Position numbers and translations under genes: made by a program. The notes beneath the pieces were generated by a model. It ran no database searches. It was not told the DNA's origin and saw only the letters and a program-made list of their open reading frames with translations. DNA of 63,195 nt, counting the filler. It is 9 parts of 9 records of this genome, joined end to end, with 100 filler letters (N's around TTAATTAATTAA, not from the genome) between each part and the next. Parts side by side here need not be neighbours in the genome. Positions count along the whole stretch, not along the records: positions 6,102 to 13,922 come from SRR7504441_3409; positions 14,023 to 19,848 come from SRR7504441_3415; positions 19,949 to 37,494 come from SRR7504441_3419; 6 more parts are not named here. One strand, written 5' to 3'. Of the stretch, positions 10,359-22,330 are shown in pieces; within the stretch, counting starts at the first letter, position 1, and every line of letters begins with the position of its first letter.

Positions 10359-12156
10359 ATGCCTGGCTCTGTCGGCCGGCTCGGAGCATGGAGCGCTTCG
10401 GCGGTGCTGGCACTGTTCTGGGTGCCAGTTGCCGCCAGCATCGACCTCCCATACAGCAATACCACCCAGCCGCCGCACATTGTGATCTTTGTGGTGGATG
10501 ACATGGGCTTCGCAAACATCGGCTTCCACAACCCCGGGCACCCAGCCGGCCGGGCCGGCAGCTGACCGGGCCGCAGGAACGTGCTCACCCCGCACTTTGA
10601 CCAGGCCGCCGCGGAGGGCACCATCCTGATGCGCCACTACACCTACTGCTGGTGCGCCCCGACCCGGTCCGCGCTGATGACCGGACGGCTGCCGTACCAC
10701 GTCCTCGAGGTCGCTTACCCTAACCCCCGTCTACGGATGAGGCTAACCGGCGGGCAGCGGACCAACCACGTCGAGCGAAAGATGAGCCTGATCCCAGCCA
10801 AGCTCAAGAGCGTTGGGTATCACACCCACCAAGTCGGCAAGTGGCACTTGTGAGCAGCCTGCTGGGCCCGAGGGCCAGCGGGTGGGCCAGGGGGCTGCTC
10901 ACCCAGTGGATGACCCCTGCCGGGCGCGGGTTTGATACGTCGCTCGGTTACCTGAGTGGGGGTGAGGACCATTACACACAGCTGGAGGGCAAGGAATTCG
11001 GCTGCAATTCGAGCAAAGCGTGCGTCGACCTGTGGCAGACAAACCGACCGGCGTATGGCCGGAACGGCACGTACGGCAGCTATATCTACAACAAGGAGGT
11101 ACAAAGGGTTGTCGAACAGCACGACACAGCAGAGCCGCTCTTTTTGTACGTGGCAACGCAGGTGATGCATGCTCCTCAGGAGGTGCCTGCAGTGGCAAGC
11201 GACTTGTTTCCTTCTCCCAAGTACTCGCAGGATTACGCTATCATGAACGGAATGGGGGTGATGGCCGATTCTATATTTGGCAATCTGACCGCCACGCTCA
11301 AGCGCCGCGGCATGTGGGACAATACAATCCTGCTGATGACCTCCGACAGTAAGTGTCCAGTGCTTATTCTATGACTGGTTGCCAGATGGCGGGCCTTCTG
11401 GGATCGAGGCTTCCGGTCATTCGGCCAACAATTTCCCGCTCAGAGGTGGCAAGACAAATTACTTTGAAGGGTGACCTGTGCCCAGGGAGCTAGCTGATCC
11501 GTCTGGCAGAGGCATCCGAGTCAGCGCTTTTGTCGGTGGCGGAGCCCTGCCACAAGGAATGAGGGGCAAGCGGCGTGAGGGCTACGTGTCGGTTGCTGAC
11601 TGGTACCCGACTTTGCTGCGGCTGGCTGGAGCGGATCCGTCTGATGATGCGCCGGGCGTGCCTGCAGTCGATGGTGTGTGTCCACTGACCAGCCAGCTCA
11701 GCTGTGTCAGGTGTGGATCAGTGGCCGTATCTGTCGGGCCAGACCGACCAGTCTCCCCGGAAGGAGATCATGATTGCCACCGTCAACCCGAAGGATGCGA
11801 CCCCGGACGAGCCGCTGCAGGGCGCGTTGATCTCCGGTCGGTTCAAGCTGGTGCTCGGCACTCAAACATACGGTATCTGGCAAGGCCCAGTGTACCCGAA
11901 CGCCACTACCAACCACACACGCGACGACGTGAGCGTTCGGTGCCATCCTGGCTGTCTTTTCGACATCTTGGCGGATCCGAGCGAGTACACCGACTTAGCT
12001 GAGAGTCATCCAGCCAAGCTCAATGAGCTGATTGCACGCTGGAAGCAGCTGAACGCCACCCGGTATGATGCTCCGCCATTTCCGACGCAAGCTAAGCGGT
12101 GCGAGGCCTATGCTAAGGCACACAAGGGGTTCTGCGGTCCGTATCAAGGGCCTTAA
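10359..12156 (+). CDS. Arylsulfatase (ARSB/I/J-like), multi-exon
   Basis: PHIVIFVVDDMG, CAPTRSALMTGR (CxPxR), GKWHLG, SDNGG and NFPLRGGK after removing six small introns. The first intron, 10538-10576, is GC-AG. Confidence 0.93.
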
Positions 12157-12431
12157 CTCATTGCCTATTATCACAAATGCCCATTAAAACTGAGGTGTTT
12201 CGGTTTGGTAACTTTGGTTGATTTTTGATACATGTACATGCGCACACGCTGCTACTAGCTAAAGGGTGGGAGGGGCCAATAGAGGGGCCAATTAATGTTA
12301 TATGAAAGCTTAAGCAAGTCAAGGCACGATCTCTATCTAGATGCCCGCATTAGTCTTAGAACCGCAATGTTGGACTCGACGAGTTTCAACCTTCTAGATC
12401 ACTAGAGCTATTAAAGATCGCTTGTGAAATC

Positions 12432-13922
12432 TTATAATGTTACTGTATATTGAGACTGCATGAGTTCAATCGCGCGATCCGCATTTGCAGTCGTCAACCC
12501 GACCTTCTCGTCACATTCAACCATGTGTCCACGCATCATACCATGCAGCCGGTGGGAAGGAGGCCACGAATCGCTCTGAGGCACCAGATCCAAATCATCA
12601 ATCGCGACCCAAGCCCCCACCTTCTCACCACAGTCCTCGATATACTGTAGAATCTCCTGGTCCCTGTGGTTCTTGGAAATGATCGGCGTCTTCCCGTGCC
12701 TTGGTGCCCATCCGCGCCCAACCAGTTCTTCATCAAACCGCTGCCTCAACCCGCGGAGCATCCGCCAGGACGACGTCATCACGATCTGGGCTTGGCAGCA
12801 ATCGAGCACCCTCTTCAGCTCAACCATCGCATCTTCCCACATCGGCGCCCTCTTCCCAGCCGCCAGCACCCCATCCACGTCAAGAAACACAAGCCTCAGC
12901 CCGCCACTGGGCAGCTCTGCCTGCTTGGCGCGCTGGGCTTGGACTCTGTGCAGGTCCCGCTCAAGCTCCTTACTTTCCTGTACGGCCTCCTGCTGCTCCA
13001 TCTCCGGCGCTGCAGGCTGAGTGCTGCTTGCCTCGGGTTGAGAACCGGGCGCGAGTAACGGCAGGTGGGTGGCGGCCATTGGGTGCTCGAGTCTGCTGTA
13101 GAACGATCGGAACTGGGCCGGGACAGCGTCCTCGGTCACAGTGTCGCACAGGTCATGGGGGAGCGAGCCCGGATAGGCGCCGAACGGTGCCCGCGGCCAA
13201 GTCTGGAGGCACTTGCGCTGCATGGCCTCAAACACCTCCAGCTGCGTCATGTAATCCGGGATCGGTTTGATTTGCCACCGTTTCGCAGATAGCGCTGCAA
13301 TCGCCTGCTCTGCGGTCGCTTGATGACGATGCATGTAGTACGCGGCAGCGATCGTGCCCGAGCGCTCGGAGCCTTGCGCGCAGTGGACCAGGACCGAGCC
13401 TCCGTGCTGGTGCGCGTCGGCGATAAAATTGATTGCCGGCTGAAACGAGTGGATGATATCGCGATTGTTGCTTGCGTTCAGGTGAAGCTGCAGGTAGGAG
13501 AACGCGCCCGCGTGCTTGCACTGGAATTCCTTGGTGGTGTTCACTATGTGGGTCACGCCAATCTCCTTGAGTGCCTCGATCTGCTCGGCCTTGCTGACCC
13601 CACGCAGCAGGCAGGCTGCGGCCGCGTGGCTGCCCACCCAGAGCCCCGCGTCCACCTCCTGGCACCGGCCGCGCCGGTCCTCGCGCACTGGAGCCCGCGG
13701 CTCGGTGGCCGGCCGAACCACTGGCTGCGGATCCGCTCGGGGCGCGGGCTCAACGGTTTGCTGAAGCGCAGCGGTCGAGCCGACGCAACCGAGCGGGCCG
13801 AGCGGAGGGCTGGCCGGAGCGGCGGCCTGCTGCTCGGCCCACTTGCGGTGCAGGTGGAGTAGAGTGGGTTTGCCTGGGCAGGCGTCCACCCGGCTCTTGG
13901 GCACCCCGAGCTCGACCAGCCG
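12432..13922 (-). CDS. Dual-specificity phosphatase fused to C-terminal HAD domain (Swiss-Army-Knife HAD_SAK_2-like), 5'-partial
   Basis: VLVHCAQGSERSGT (CX5R), then FLDVDGVL, IVMTSSWR, RDQEI, WVAIDDLDL and VGLT. Confidence 0.85.
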   Translation of the reverse strand, partial: RLVELGVPKSRVDACPGKPTLLHLHRKWAEQQAAAPASPPLGPLGCVGSTAALQQTVEPAPRADPQPVVRPATEPRAPVREDRRGRCQEVDAGLWVGSHAAAACLLRGVSKAEQIEALKEIGVTHIVNTTKEFQCKHAGAFSYLQLHLNASNNRDIIHSFQPAINFIADAHQHGGSVLVHCAQGSERSGTIAAAYYMHRHQATAEQAIAALSAKRWQIKPIPDYMTQLEVFEAMQRKCLQTWPRAPFGAYPGSLPHDLCDTVTEDAVPAQFRSFYSRLEHPMAATHLPLLAPGSQPEASSTQPAAPEMEQQEAVQESKELERDLHRVQAQRAKQAELPSGGLRLVFLDVDGVLAAGKRAPMWEDAMVELKRVLDCCQAQIVMTSSWRMLRGLRQRFDEELVGRGWAPRHGKTPIISKNHRDQEILQYIEDCGEKVGAWVAIDDLDLVPQSDSWPPSHRLHGMMRGHMVECDEKVGLTTANADRAIELMQSQYTVTL

Positions 13923-14022
13923 NNNNNNNNNNNNNNNNNNNNNNNNNNNNNNNNNNNNNNNNNNNNTTAATTAATTAANNNNNNNNNNNNNNNNNNNNNN
14001 NNNNNNNNNNNNNNNNNNNNNN

Positions 14023-17000
14023 AAGTGGAATATCCCAACCGGGACGGCTATTACTGGGCGCTGGGCGTCTACGCAGTATTCGTCCTCGCGATCGCCATCT
14101 GGGCTCGCTTCAAGAACTCCTCTGCCACGGACTCCTCGAACAACGAGAACGTGTCACGCCGCGCCTTCAATGTGCGCGGTCCGGCGGGCGAACCCAGACC
14201 CGCGGGGACAGGAACACTACCTCGCGAGCAAGAGCCTAGGCTGGATTCCGTTGTCCCTCTCGTTCTTCGCGAGCGCGCTCTCCGGGATCCAAGTGAGTTC
14301 GCGCTGCCGCAGCCCCCCGCGAGCCCGCGAGCTCACGGTGGCTTGCTGCAGCCGACAATGGCCGAGGGCACACTGTTCGGATTCATCGCATGCCGGAACT
14401 TTATCGTCCTCAATTGGGTCTTCTTATCCTGCGCGATCTGGGTGAGTCCCGATCAAGCAACCCCACCCCGGGCTGCTGATCGGCGGGGGCAGGGGCCGCG
14501 CATGCGCCGGGTGTTTACAGCGCGCGGACACACGACCCCCAATCAGCACGTAGCCGACGTGTTTGATAATAAGATCCTGACCATGATCTACGCCTGCACA
14601 CTGACCGCAGCCTCACTGATTTACCTGGCCGGGATTTTCAACAACATCTACAAAGGCTTTGATGGCATCTCGCACGGGCAGATGACTGTTAACGACACCA
14701 ACTTTACCAGCCCAAACTGGATAAACGCCCGATGGGTCTGGGCGTTTGCGCTGCTGCTCTGGATCTGTGAGCTGTTAGGGGGCTTCCGGGCGGTGGTGTG
14801 GTCAGATGCATTCCAGGCGGGGATGATGATCTTGGCAATGATCACCGTGCCTTGCCTCTCCCAGCACTTTTGGGGCGGGATGGGCGGGGTTCAAGGCCCG
14901 GACTGTCAGAACCTACAGGTCATTTGCAATCCTGAAGTGAGCCCTACACTCGCAGCTGTCCAGGCCAAGCTGGCGGTGACGCTCATGTGCCGGGATGTTC
15001 TTGTGCTGATGGTAGTGTGCACAGGCGGTGCCAGCGGCACGAGCTCTTGCAGCGGTCTTCCCCACCACTGGCTGTGGCTACCTGACTGGAGTTCTGGGTT
15101 TAGAGAACACAACGCATCTGGATTATAAGTACTGTGCTACTGAAAGCATGCAGATTGTGGACTGCACGGGCTGCGTTGACTGGAACTCCGGCGGATATAT
15201 GTACCTCAACCCGACCAAGTGGGAACCATCCAGGTACTTTGAGCCGCTTTGGGGCGCAACCAAAGGGATTGATAAGTTCAGCACATTCTCAGCTTCGGTG
15301 ATGGAAATGGTCAGTTTCTCCTTTTTATTTTCGGGTTACATTCTTCTCCCTTCACTAACAGTGCGGATCCTGGTAGCACGGACCGACGAGACCTTGAAGC
15401 GATCTTTTATCATGAACACGCCTGATGTGTACATTGCTTTCCTGACAGCGATGATTTCTGGTATTCAGCTGAGTGCCACTTATAATGTGTCGCAGCTTGG
15501 CGGGGCTTGCTCGTCAAGCAGCTCCTTTGCATGCTTCATCGATTACTGCTATGAACAGTCCGAAGGATTTGCATTCGTTGGTATCATGTGCGCCATCTCG
15601 ACACTTGCTGCTCTGATGGCTACAGCTGATTCCATTATAGTCCAGATGGGCAATGTGCTCACAAAGGACTGCTTTCTGGACGTTTTCTACGACAGGTATG
15701 ACTTGGACGAGGGAGAGACAGTGCCAGAGGGCGAAGATCGCGGTGCCTGGTACTGGGACACCGAGAAGAAGGCGAATGTTTGTGTCATCCTGGGGCGGAT
15801 CATTTCGGCTCTGGCGCTAATCTGCGGTGTCTGGTGGGGCTGCGCCAATTCAAGCGTCAATGACCCGGTTTGGGTCACCACAGTCGCCTTCTACTGGGCT
15901 GTGACTTTGTTGGTACTTTGCCTGCCCATCAACCATTGCGCCCTCTTTGCTCCAGACATCAGTGCCTGGGTGCTGATTGTCTCATTCTGGGGCGGTTTCA
16001 TCGTGCTCATTTCAATGTGGGCCACAATCGTTGATCAAGAGTTTTATCAGACTGCTTTCTCTCAAGAGGGCGATAACTGGACTACCCCAGCTCGTGTCTG
16101 GCCAGGAATCTGGGCCGTGGCGACTGAAAGCATTCTAATCTTCATTCTATCTTTCGTCCCCAAGGAATCTTACGAGCCTCTCTTGGACTGGGAGTGTCTT
16201 AAATATGACCCACGTATCTTCAAGAACCGCAAGAGTATCAAAGATCTGGGGAAAGAGCATGGCGAGCTTGGATGCAAGGCTGTCCTGATGGATATCATGC
16301 GAGATACCCAGGAACCAGTCTTGACAATTGGAGGCGTGGCTTGCATGGTGTCGACTATCGTGCTCATGTTTTTTTGCTTCCCGTGGTATGGCGAGGATTA
16401 TGATGGCTGTAATTACTACTCATACTATGGATACTACATGGAGAAATGGGCCGAGTTCTTCCCCTCCGGGAGCGCACTGACAGGGTCGGTTGCATGGGAC
16501 GACACGCTCACTTGGGGTTTGGTGTACTCGGGGTCGTCGGGTCTTGTTGACGTTTCACCAGGCTACATTGCGCAAGCTGTCGGAATCACAAACGAAACTG
16601 CATGGGGGAAGTGCACTGTCCCAAGTGGATCAGACTTCATCAGCGGCTGGCCGTGGTGGGCAATGATCATGGTCATCGGATTTACGGTCCAGACATTAAT
16701 GATTGTGAGTGCCTTCGCCTTCTTTTGGAAGAATCACGAGGAGAACGGAGGCGGCGAGCCTTTCTTCACGAAGGTGTCGATGTTTGGTGGATATCCAACG
16801 GAAGGAGTTGATCACAAGAGCCTCACGGAAGGAGTTGATCACAAGAGCCTCCGGCGGAGAACAATGGTCGGCGTGAGTTCGCCGGTCACTGTGGATCAAG
16901 AACGAACCCAGGGCCAAACCTGTAGCGCTCCGGTCTATGACATGAGCCTTCCGACAGAAACACCTCCGCCTTCCGACAGAACACCTCCAACGCCCAGCGA

Positions 17001-17133
17001 TATAAGCAAGAACGAGCTCTACAAAACTGACCGCCTGGAGACGCTGGAGATTGAGATTGAGACCAATCCAACTCAAAACACGCTAGCACCAGGAGTGATG
17101 GGTTCTGCCATAAACCCCGATGTGGATATCTGA
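14023..17133 (+). CDS. Sodium:solute symporter (SSS/PanF-like) with Cys-rich extracellular loops, 5'-partial, multi-exon
   Basis: EHYLASKSLGW..SFFASALSG, LGGFRAVVWSDAFQ and LAALMATADS motifs. Many TM helices. Small GT-AG introns in the 5' part. Confidence 0.8.
16798..16851 (+). repeat. 27-nt in-frame tandem duplication (TEGVDHKSL x2)
   Basis: acggaaggagttgatcacaagagcctc occurs twice in tandem. Confidence 0.9.
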
Positions 17134-17370
17134 TAACTGCAGCCGAATTGGAGACCGATGTGGATATCTGATAACTGGAGTGGAACCGGAGCGTGCTTTA
17201 AGAGATCGAGATGTTGGTAAGAATCCACCAACCAATGTGAAGTACGACTCTCTCGACTCTCTAGTTATGAGGTAAGTCTCACTTGACTATCACTTGACAC
17301 CAGCTCGCTTACACAGTCACCTCTGGAGCTCGCTTACACAGTCACCTCTGGAGCTTACATAGTCACCGAC
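17117..17370 (+). repeat. Short tandem duplications around and after the SSS stop codon
   Basis: ccgatgtggatatctgataactg occurs twice (from ~17117 and ~17155). agctcgcttacacagtcacctctgg occurs twice plus a partial copy (~17302-17370). Confidence 0.85.
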
Positions 17371-17632
17371 TGTACACCGATTGTACATTAAGTCGAGTTG
17401 AATTGTAAATTAATACAAACTCATCACTCAAGTCTTGTTGAACATTAATTTCATTTACTGTAATTTTACTATTATTCATTTACTCTTGTCCGAACAAAGC
17501 CCGAGCTTTAGAAGTGTGCAGAAGCCAGAGACCCGAGCAATAAGCGGCTGCCCAGAAATTAGGAACCTATACCATGTACGAGTATGCAGCGCCTAGAAGC
17601 GCCAAATGTGTTGTGTAAGGAGAAATAATTGA

Positions 17633-19743
17633 TCACACCGAGGTCGACATTGTGAGTACAGTGTACGACATTGGTTTGAGCGTGACCTTCGAGCCATGGA
17701 GCACAAGCTTCGTGGGCGACACCAGATCTGGCTGTCCAGGCGTATTGGCGCTGGCCAGGCTGGGGGCAACTAGTTCCATCAGCACCATCCCCTTGATTGA
17801 TCCCGCAGCGGCAAGCTGAACGTCTAGATCCACCGACTGGTCGGCTTTGTTGACTAGCCGAACTGCGAGTTGAGAGCCATCAGCCGAGGCTTGGACTGAA
17901 ACCGACAGGCTTGTTACATTGCCGTCTGCGACAAACTTAACGTTCTTCGGCTGCCAGCTGTCTGAAATCATAGCATGAACGTGTCCTGGCGGTTGCAGCC
18001 AGGTCATATTGGGCAGGAAGAAGCTGATCCCTTGGTCGTTCAGTCCAGCCTCGTTGTATCCGGATCGCTCCATACAGAAGGAGCCGGCTCTGCCCTTGAG
18101 TCGTGGGTTAGGAAAGCTGAAGAACTCATTCAGATCGGCGGCCTCCTCCAATGCACGGTTAAATGTGTGGTCCCCGCAGTTGGTCTCACAGTTAATCGCT
18201 CCCCTGGCGCAGCTCTGAGCCACATCACCCAACTAATGGCACACACCAAGTACTAGTCTGGGCTGCTGCAAATAAATTCTTGGCTGCTTCGACCCCACCG
18301 GTAGCTCCATCATGCACATCAGCCTGCATAGACAACCATCAGCTGCCCGAACCGGGACCGTGCGCCCACCACCAAGTGGTCGCCTAGTCCTAGCGCCTTG
18401 GCGTCATCTGCATCCTTGCCCGGCTTTACGCCGCCATTCTGAGGGAACATGTAGTACAGGGTGTTGGGCATCCCCAGCTCCGAGGCCTTGCTCTCCATGG
18501 CCTTGACCTGCTCCACAAACTGGGAGTTGTACTGTTCATTCCCTGCGCTCCAGGCTCACTCAGGCCAGTACAGCCACGCACCTAGTTCAAACCACTTGAC
18601 CTTGTAGGCGTCCGGATGGCCATCAGCAACCCGCAGAGACCCAAATTTGGTCGAGCTGTTGCCCCAAGCGTACTCGACCAGATCAGCGTAATCCTGCGGC
18701 GAAATCTCGCAGTGGGTCGTTATCACCGGCTCGATCCCCATCGCCTCGCACATGTCGATCATCTCAAAAGCGCCCCAGCCGCTCATCATGCCGTGGTTCC
18801 AGTTACCGTCGCCCGCAGTGGGCCTTTCCCAGCGCGGCCCGCGCCAGTATTTCCAAGGCATGTTGCCGGCCTTGGCGAACGAGCCGCCTTGCCGGATCAT
18901 CTTGATTCCCATCGATCTGAGCAGCGAAGCGCTGTCATCTCTCACCGGCAGTCTTCCGTCGAGCAGGCCCCACGGGCCAGGCATCAGCGAGACAAACCCA
19001 ACAGACACCCGGCTCCCGGTGGACCCCAGTGCCAGCGAGAATTGGCCGTTGCACTTGACGCAGATGTGCGCAGAGCGGTCACTCATCGAACGGTCCCTGT
19101 ACGTGTTGTTCGGTGGGCAGCTGATGTTGTACTGTGAAGGCGCCACCTGATTGGGCACGCCCACACACTCACTCCCGGCGGTAGGTGTCAGCTGGAACTC
19201 GACTCGCCGCCACAAGCCGCCGCCTGGCACCCGGAGCGCGGCGGTAGCCAGTATGCGCGAGGCGGCAAGGGTCGCATCCCACGCCTCCAGCGCCACCTGG
19301 ATCGAAGCCCCGGGGCTGTCGGTGGTGCGAGCGAACAGAAATCCGTTGTAAGGCTTGCCGGGGAGCAGGTATAGCCCCTCTCCCGCGAAGCCCCGGTTGA
19401 CGGCAGCTTGGCCCTTGCCGAGGCTCAGGGTCGGGACTGGATGGCCGGAGGTGGTGTTTGGCACGAAGGAGACCGAGCCATCCAGCGCCGCACCATTACG
19501 GCTGAACCAGCCAGTGCCATCCAGCACGGCGCGCCCAGCGGGTGGGTCGGGCACTTGCTGGAACGAGCAGCCGGAGAGCATCTCCGCGAACAGCCCGCGG
19601 GCCTCGTGCGCGTAGCCGCTGTCGCTGTGGCAGCCCATGTGCATGGTCGGCACGGTGTGGGTTGCGTTGTGTGGGTAGACCGTCAGCTGCAGCGCCGACA
19701 GCCCGGTGGCGAGCTGCGCCAGCACGATCGACACGCGGATCAT
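17633..19743 (-). CDS. Glycoside hydrolase family 51 (alpha-L-arabinofuranosidase-like), secreted, 3 introns
   Basis: Signal peptide, RQGGSF, ADLVEYAWGN, RVADGHP, WFELG|NE (acid/base), AINCETN, and C-terminal ANTP..P..VSP. Small GT-AG introns join the ORFs. Confidence 0.88.
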
Positions 19744-19948
19744 ACGGTTCCTGGTTGCGACAAGTGGTGATGCCGGAGCCGGCAGTACCGCAGACCGGTA
19801 ATAACGACTTTAGTATTTAGTACAGGGTTAGTCATAATTCTCCCACCTNNNNNNNNNNNNNNNNNNNNNNNNNNNNNNNNNNNNNNNNNNNNTTAATTAA
19901 TTAANNNNNNNNNNNNNNNNNNNNNNNNNNNNNNNNNNNNNNNNNNNN

Positions 19949-22196
19949 GGGTTGGGGTCGGAGTTGGGGTCGGAGTTGTGGGGGTCGACACGCCACTTGC
20001 GCCAAACTGGGCTTCGACGTGTTCCTTGAATCTGGCCGGGCACTCGATTGGCTTGTAGCTCATCCCGTCGGGGTCGCCACGGACCCAGCCCCACGAAGCG
20101 AACAACCGGCACCCTGTCTGAAACTCGTCCGGCAGCGCATCGCACAGGTGAGCACATTCGGCAGTGTTGGGGCATTCCTCCCACCAGCTTCCAAACGCCG
20201 ACGATTGATCTTGGCTCATACCAGTGCCATCCCGTTCGCCACACACGTTGGCTGTCGACCACCGCAGGTTATCGAATCCGGGCACGGCCATGTCGAAGTG
20301 CGGCTCGTTGGCGCCACACCCGGCGCTCCAGGGCGGGCAACGATTCTTCTTCATCACCACAGCTGTCCAGTCAGCTTGCACAGCATGCGGGTTCTGCACA
20401 AGCAGGCACTTTCCACAGCCGCCGCTGTCGTTGTCGCTGCCGCAGCACGTGTCGTCCGCGCCTAGAAGGTTGGCCAGGGCGTCGGAGGCGGCTCCGACCA
20501 TCCACATCTTCTCTCCATACACCGCGCCGCCATGCTCAGTGGGATCCATCGGCGAGTATCCTGGCGCGGCCACATACTTGGATTCGTCCCACGGTTGCAG
20601 TGTGGTGGCATCGCATCCCATCCCGTTGCAATCCCAAAAATGCGTTGCCTTCAGGTTGCTGCCGACCCAGTCGCCAGGAGGCGGAGCTGGAGGTGTCGGC
20701 GTCGGAGTCGGGGTCGGAGCTGGGGTACGACGACGAGCACGACGACGACGAGCCGCCCCATTGCTCGGTGATGGTGTCGGTGTCGGGGTGGGCGCGGGCT
20801 CCTCCGGGACCACGTCGTCTTCGCTGCTGACCCAGACTGAATTGGTGCAAGAGCTGCAGATCTCACTGCTACCCTGGCACGGTTCGCCCTTCCGGTAGGC
20901 ACAGTACGGTAAAGCAGCATCGGTCACGATGAACCTGCCACCGCAATCGGTCTCGCAATTCCTCCAGTTCTGGTTGCAAAATTCTTCCTCCCCGCCCTGC
21001 ATCTCCTTTGTGTAGCAGGTGCCTGTGAGCGAGCTCGGTCCCGGCGCTGGAGTGCTCGGGGGTGCAGCTGTGCCGGGGCAGTGCTGGAGCCCGTCGTCGC
21101 AGCCGCCTGCCGCAGTCATCGCAAAGCACTCGCCGTCCGAGGCCTGACAGTGCCCGCTGCTCCCAGCGTTGCATGTGGCCTTGCAATCGAATGTCACAGG
21201 TGGCGCCGGCGCCGGTGTGGTCGCAGGCGGAGGAGCAGGACTGCCGCCGCAGGTTGGGTTGCTGGCGGTGCCCGAGCTCATCGTGAAGTCGATGCAGTTG
21301 GCGAACTGCTCGCCGCCGGCGTTCTTGGTGCCCGGCTCGGGGTCGCAGGTGGCCATGGACCAAGTTGGCCAGCTCGTGCTCTCACACTTCCACTGGCCGC
21401 TCGCCTTCAAGTCGCGCCAGGCCTGCGGGATGCATCCGTTGGTCGTCTGCCACCACCACTGGACGATCGCCCGGTTGCAGGTCCGCAGCTCGTCCGGCAC
21501 TCGGTAGGTCATGTCAAACCCGATCCCGCTGTTGACTGGCACCGAAGGGTCCATGCACTCAGAGCCCATCGAGCTCGGCAGGTTGTACCAGTAGGGATAA
21601 TCCGCATAGTACGTCTTGCTCTCGTCAGCGCACACCCGGGTCATCCGGCGCGGTCGGTAGCATTTGCCGTCGGTAAAGATGTTGGAGTTTCGGTTGTCGT
21701 TGAAGCAGAGCGCCGCGCTGGTCACCCCGCCGGCCCAGGAGATCTCGTCATAGAAGTCCAGCGTGTTGATCGTCGACTTGCTCTGGGCCAGCTGGTCGGC
21801 GCACACGTACCGGAACTCCATTATCCCGCCATGGTTGGCCGTGACCGCAACCCGGAAGGTGACGAAGTCCCGGGCCTGGATCTGGCCAACGGACCACGAG
21901 TTGCCTTCCCCGTCGTTGAGCAGGCCGTCGTACTGCAGGCTCTGGTCGGTCCTGGCTTGCCCGGCGCTGTCGGTGGTCTGGCCCGGCTCCCCGCAGGCCT
22001 TGGTCGTCTGGTCCACCCGGCCAGCCTCGCCATTTAGTGAGTATGGGTTCCACTCGCGCATGCTGCCCCGGAACAGTTGTTTGGTGGCCCAGCCGCGGCT
22101 GCCCAGCTGGCCGCTCACGTCGCCGTTGATCCCTTCGAGCGCCCCGTGCCCGGCCGCGTATGGGAGCACGGCCAGCAACAGCAAGCTCGTCTTCAT
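19949..22196 (-). CDS. Secreted LPMO (AA15/AA10-like) + Cys-rich modules + GH45-like endoglucanase fusion, 3'-partial
   Basis: His immediately after the signal peptide (AAG|HGALE), TANHGG, QWWWQTTN and EQFANCID. GH45-like ATHFWDC and HFDMAVPG. Pro/Thr linkers. Confidence 0.8.
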
Positions 22197-22330
22197 GTTG
22201 GTTGGTCTCGTCCTCGGTTTCATAACGAATCGAATCGCAATTTTCCAAACGGTTGTCCGTTATCCGCAGCCGGGCTCGCCTCGGACATCTGGGCGGCTCA
22301 ATCAGACACGAGGCCCCACGGGTTCGGCGT

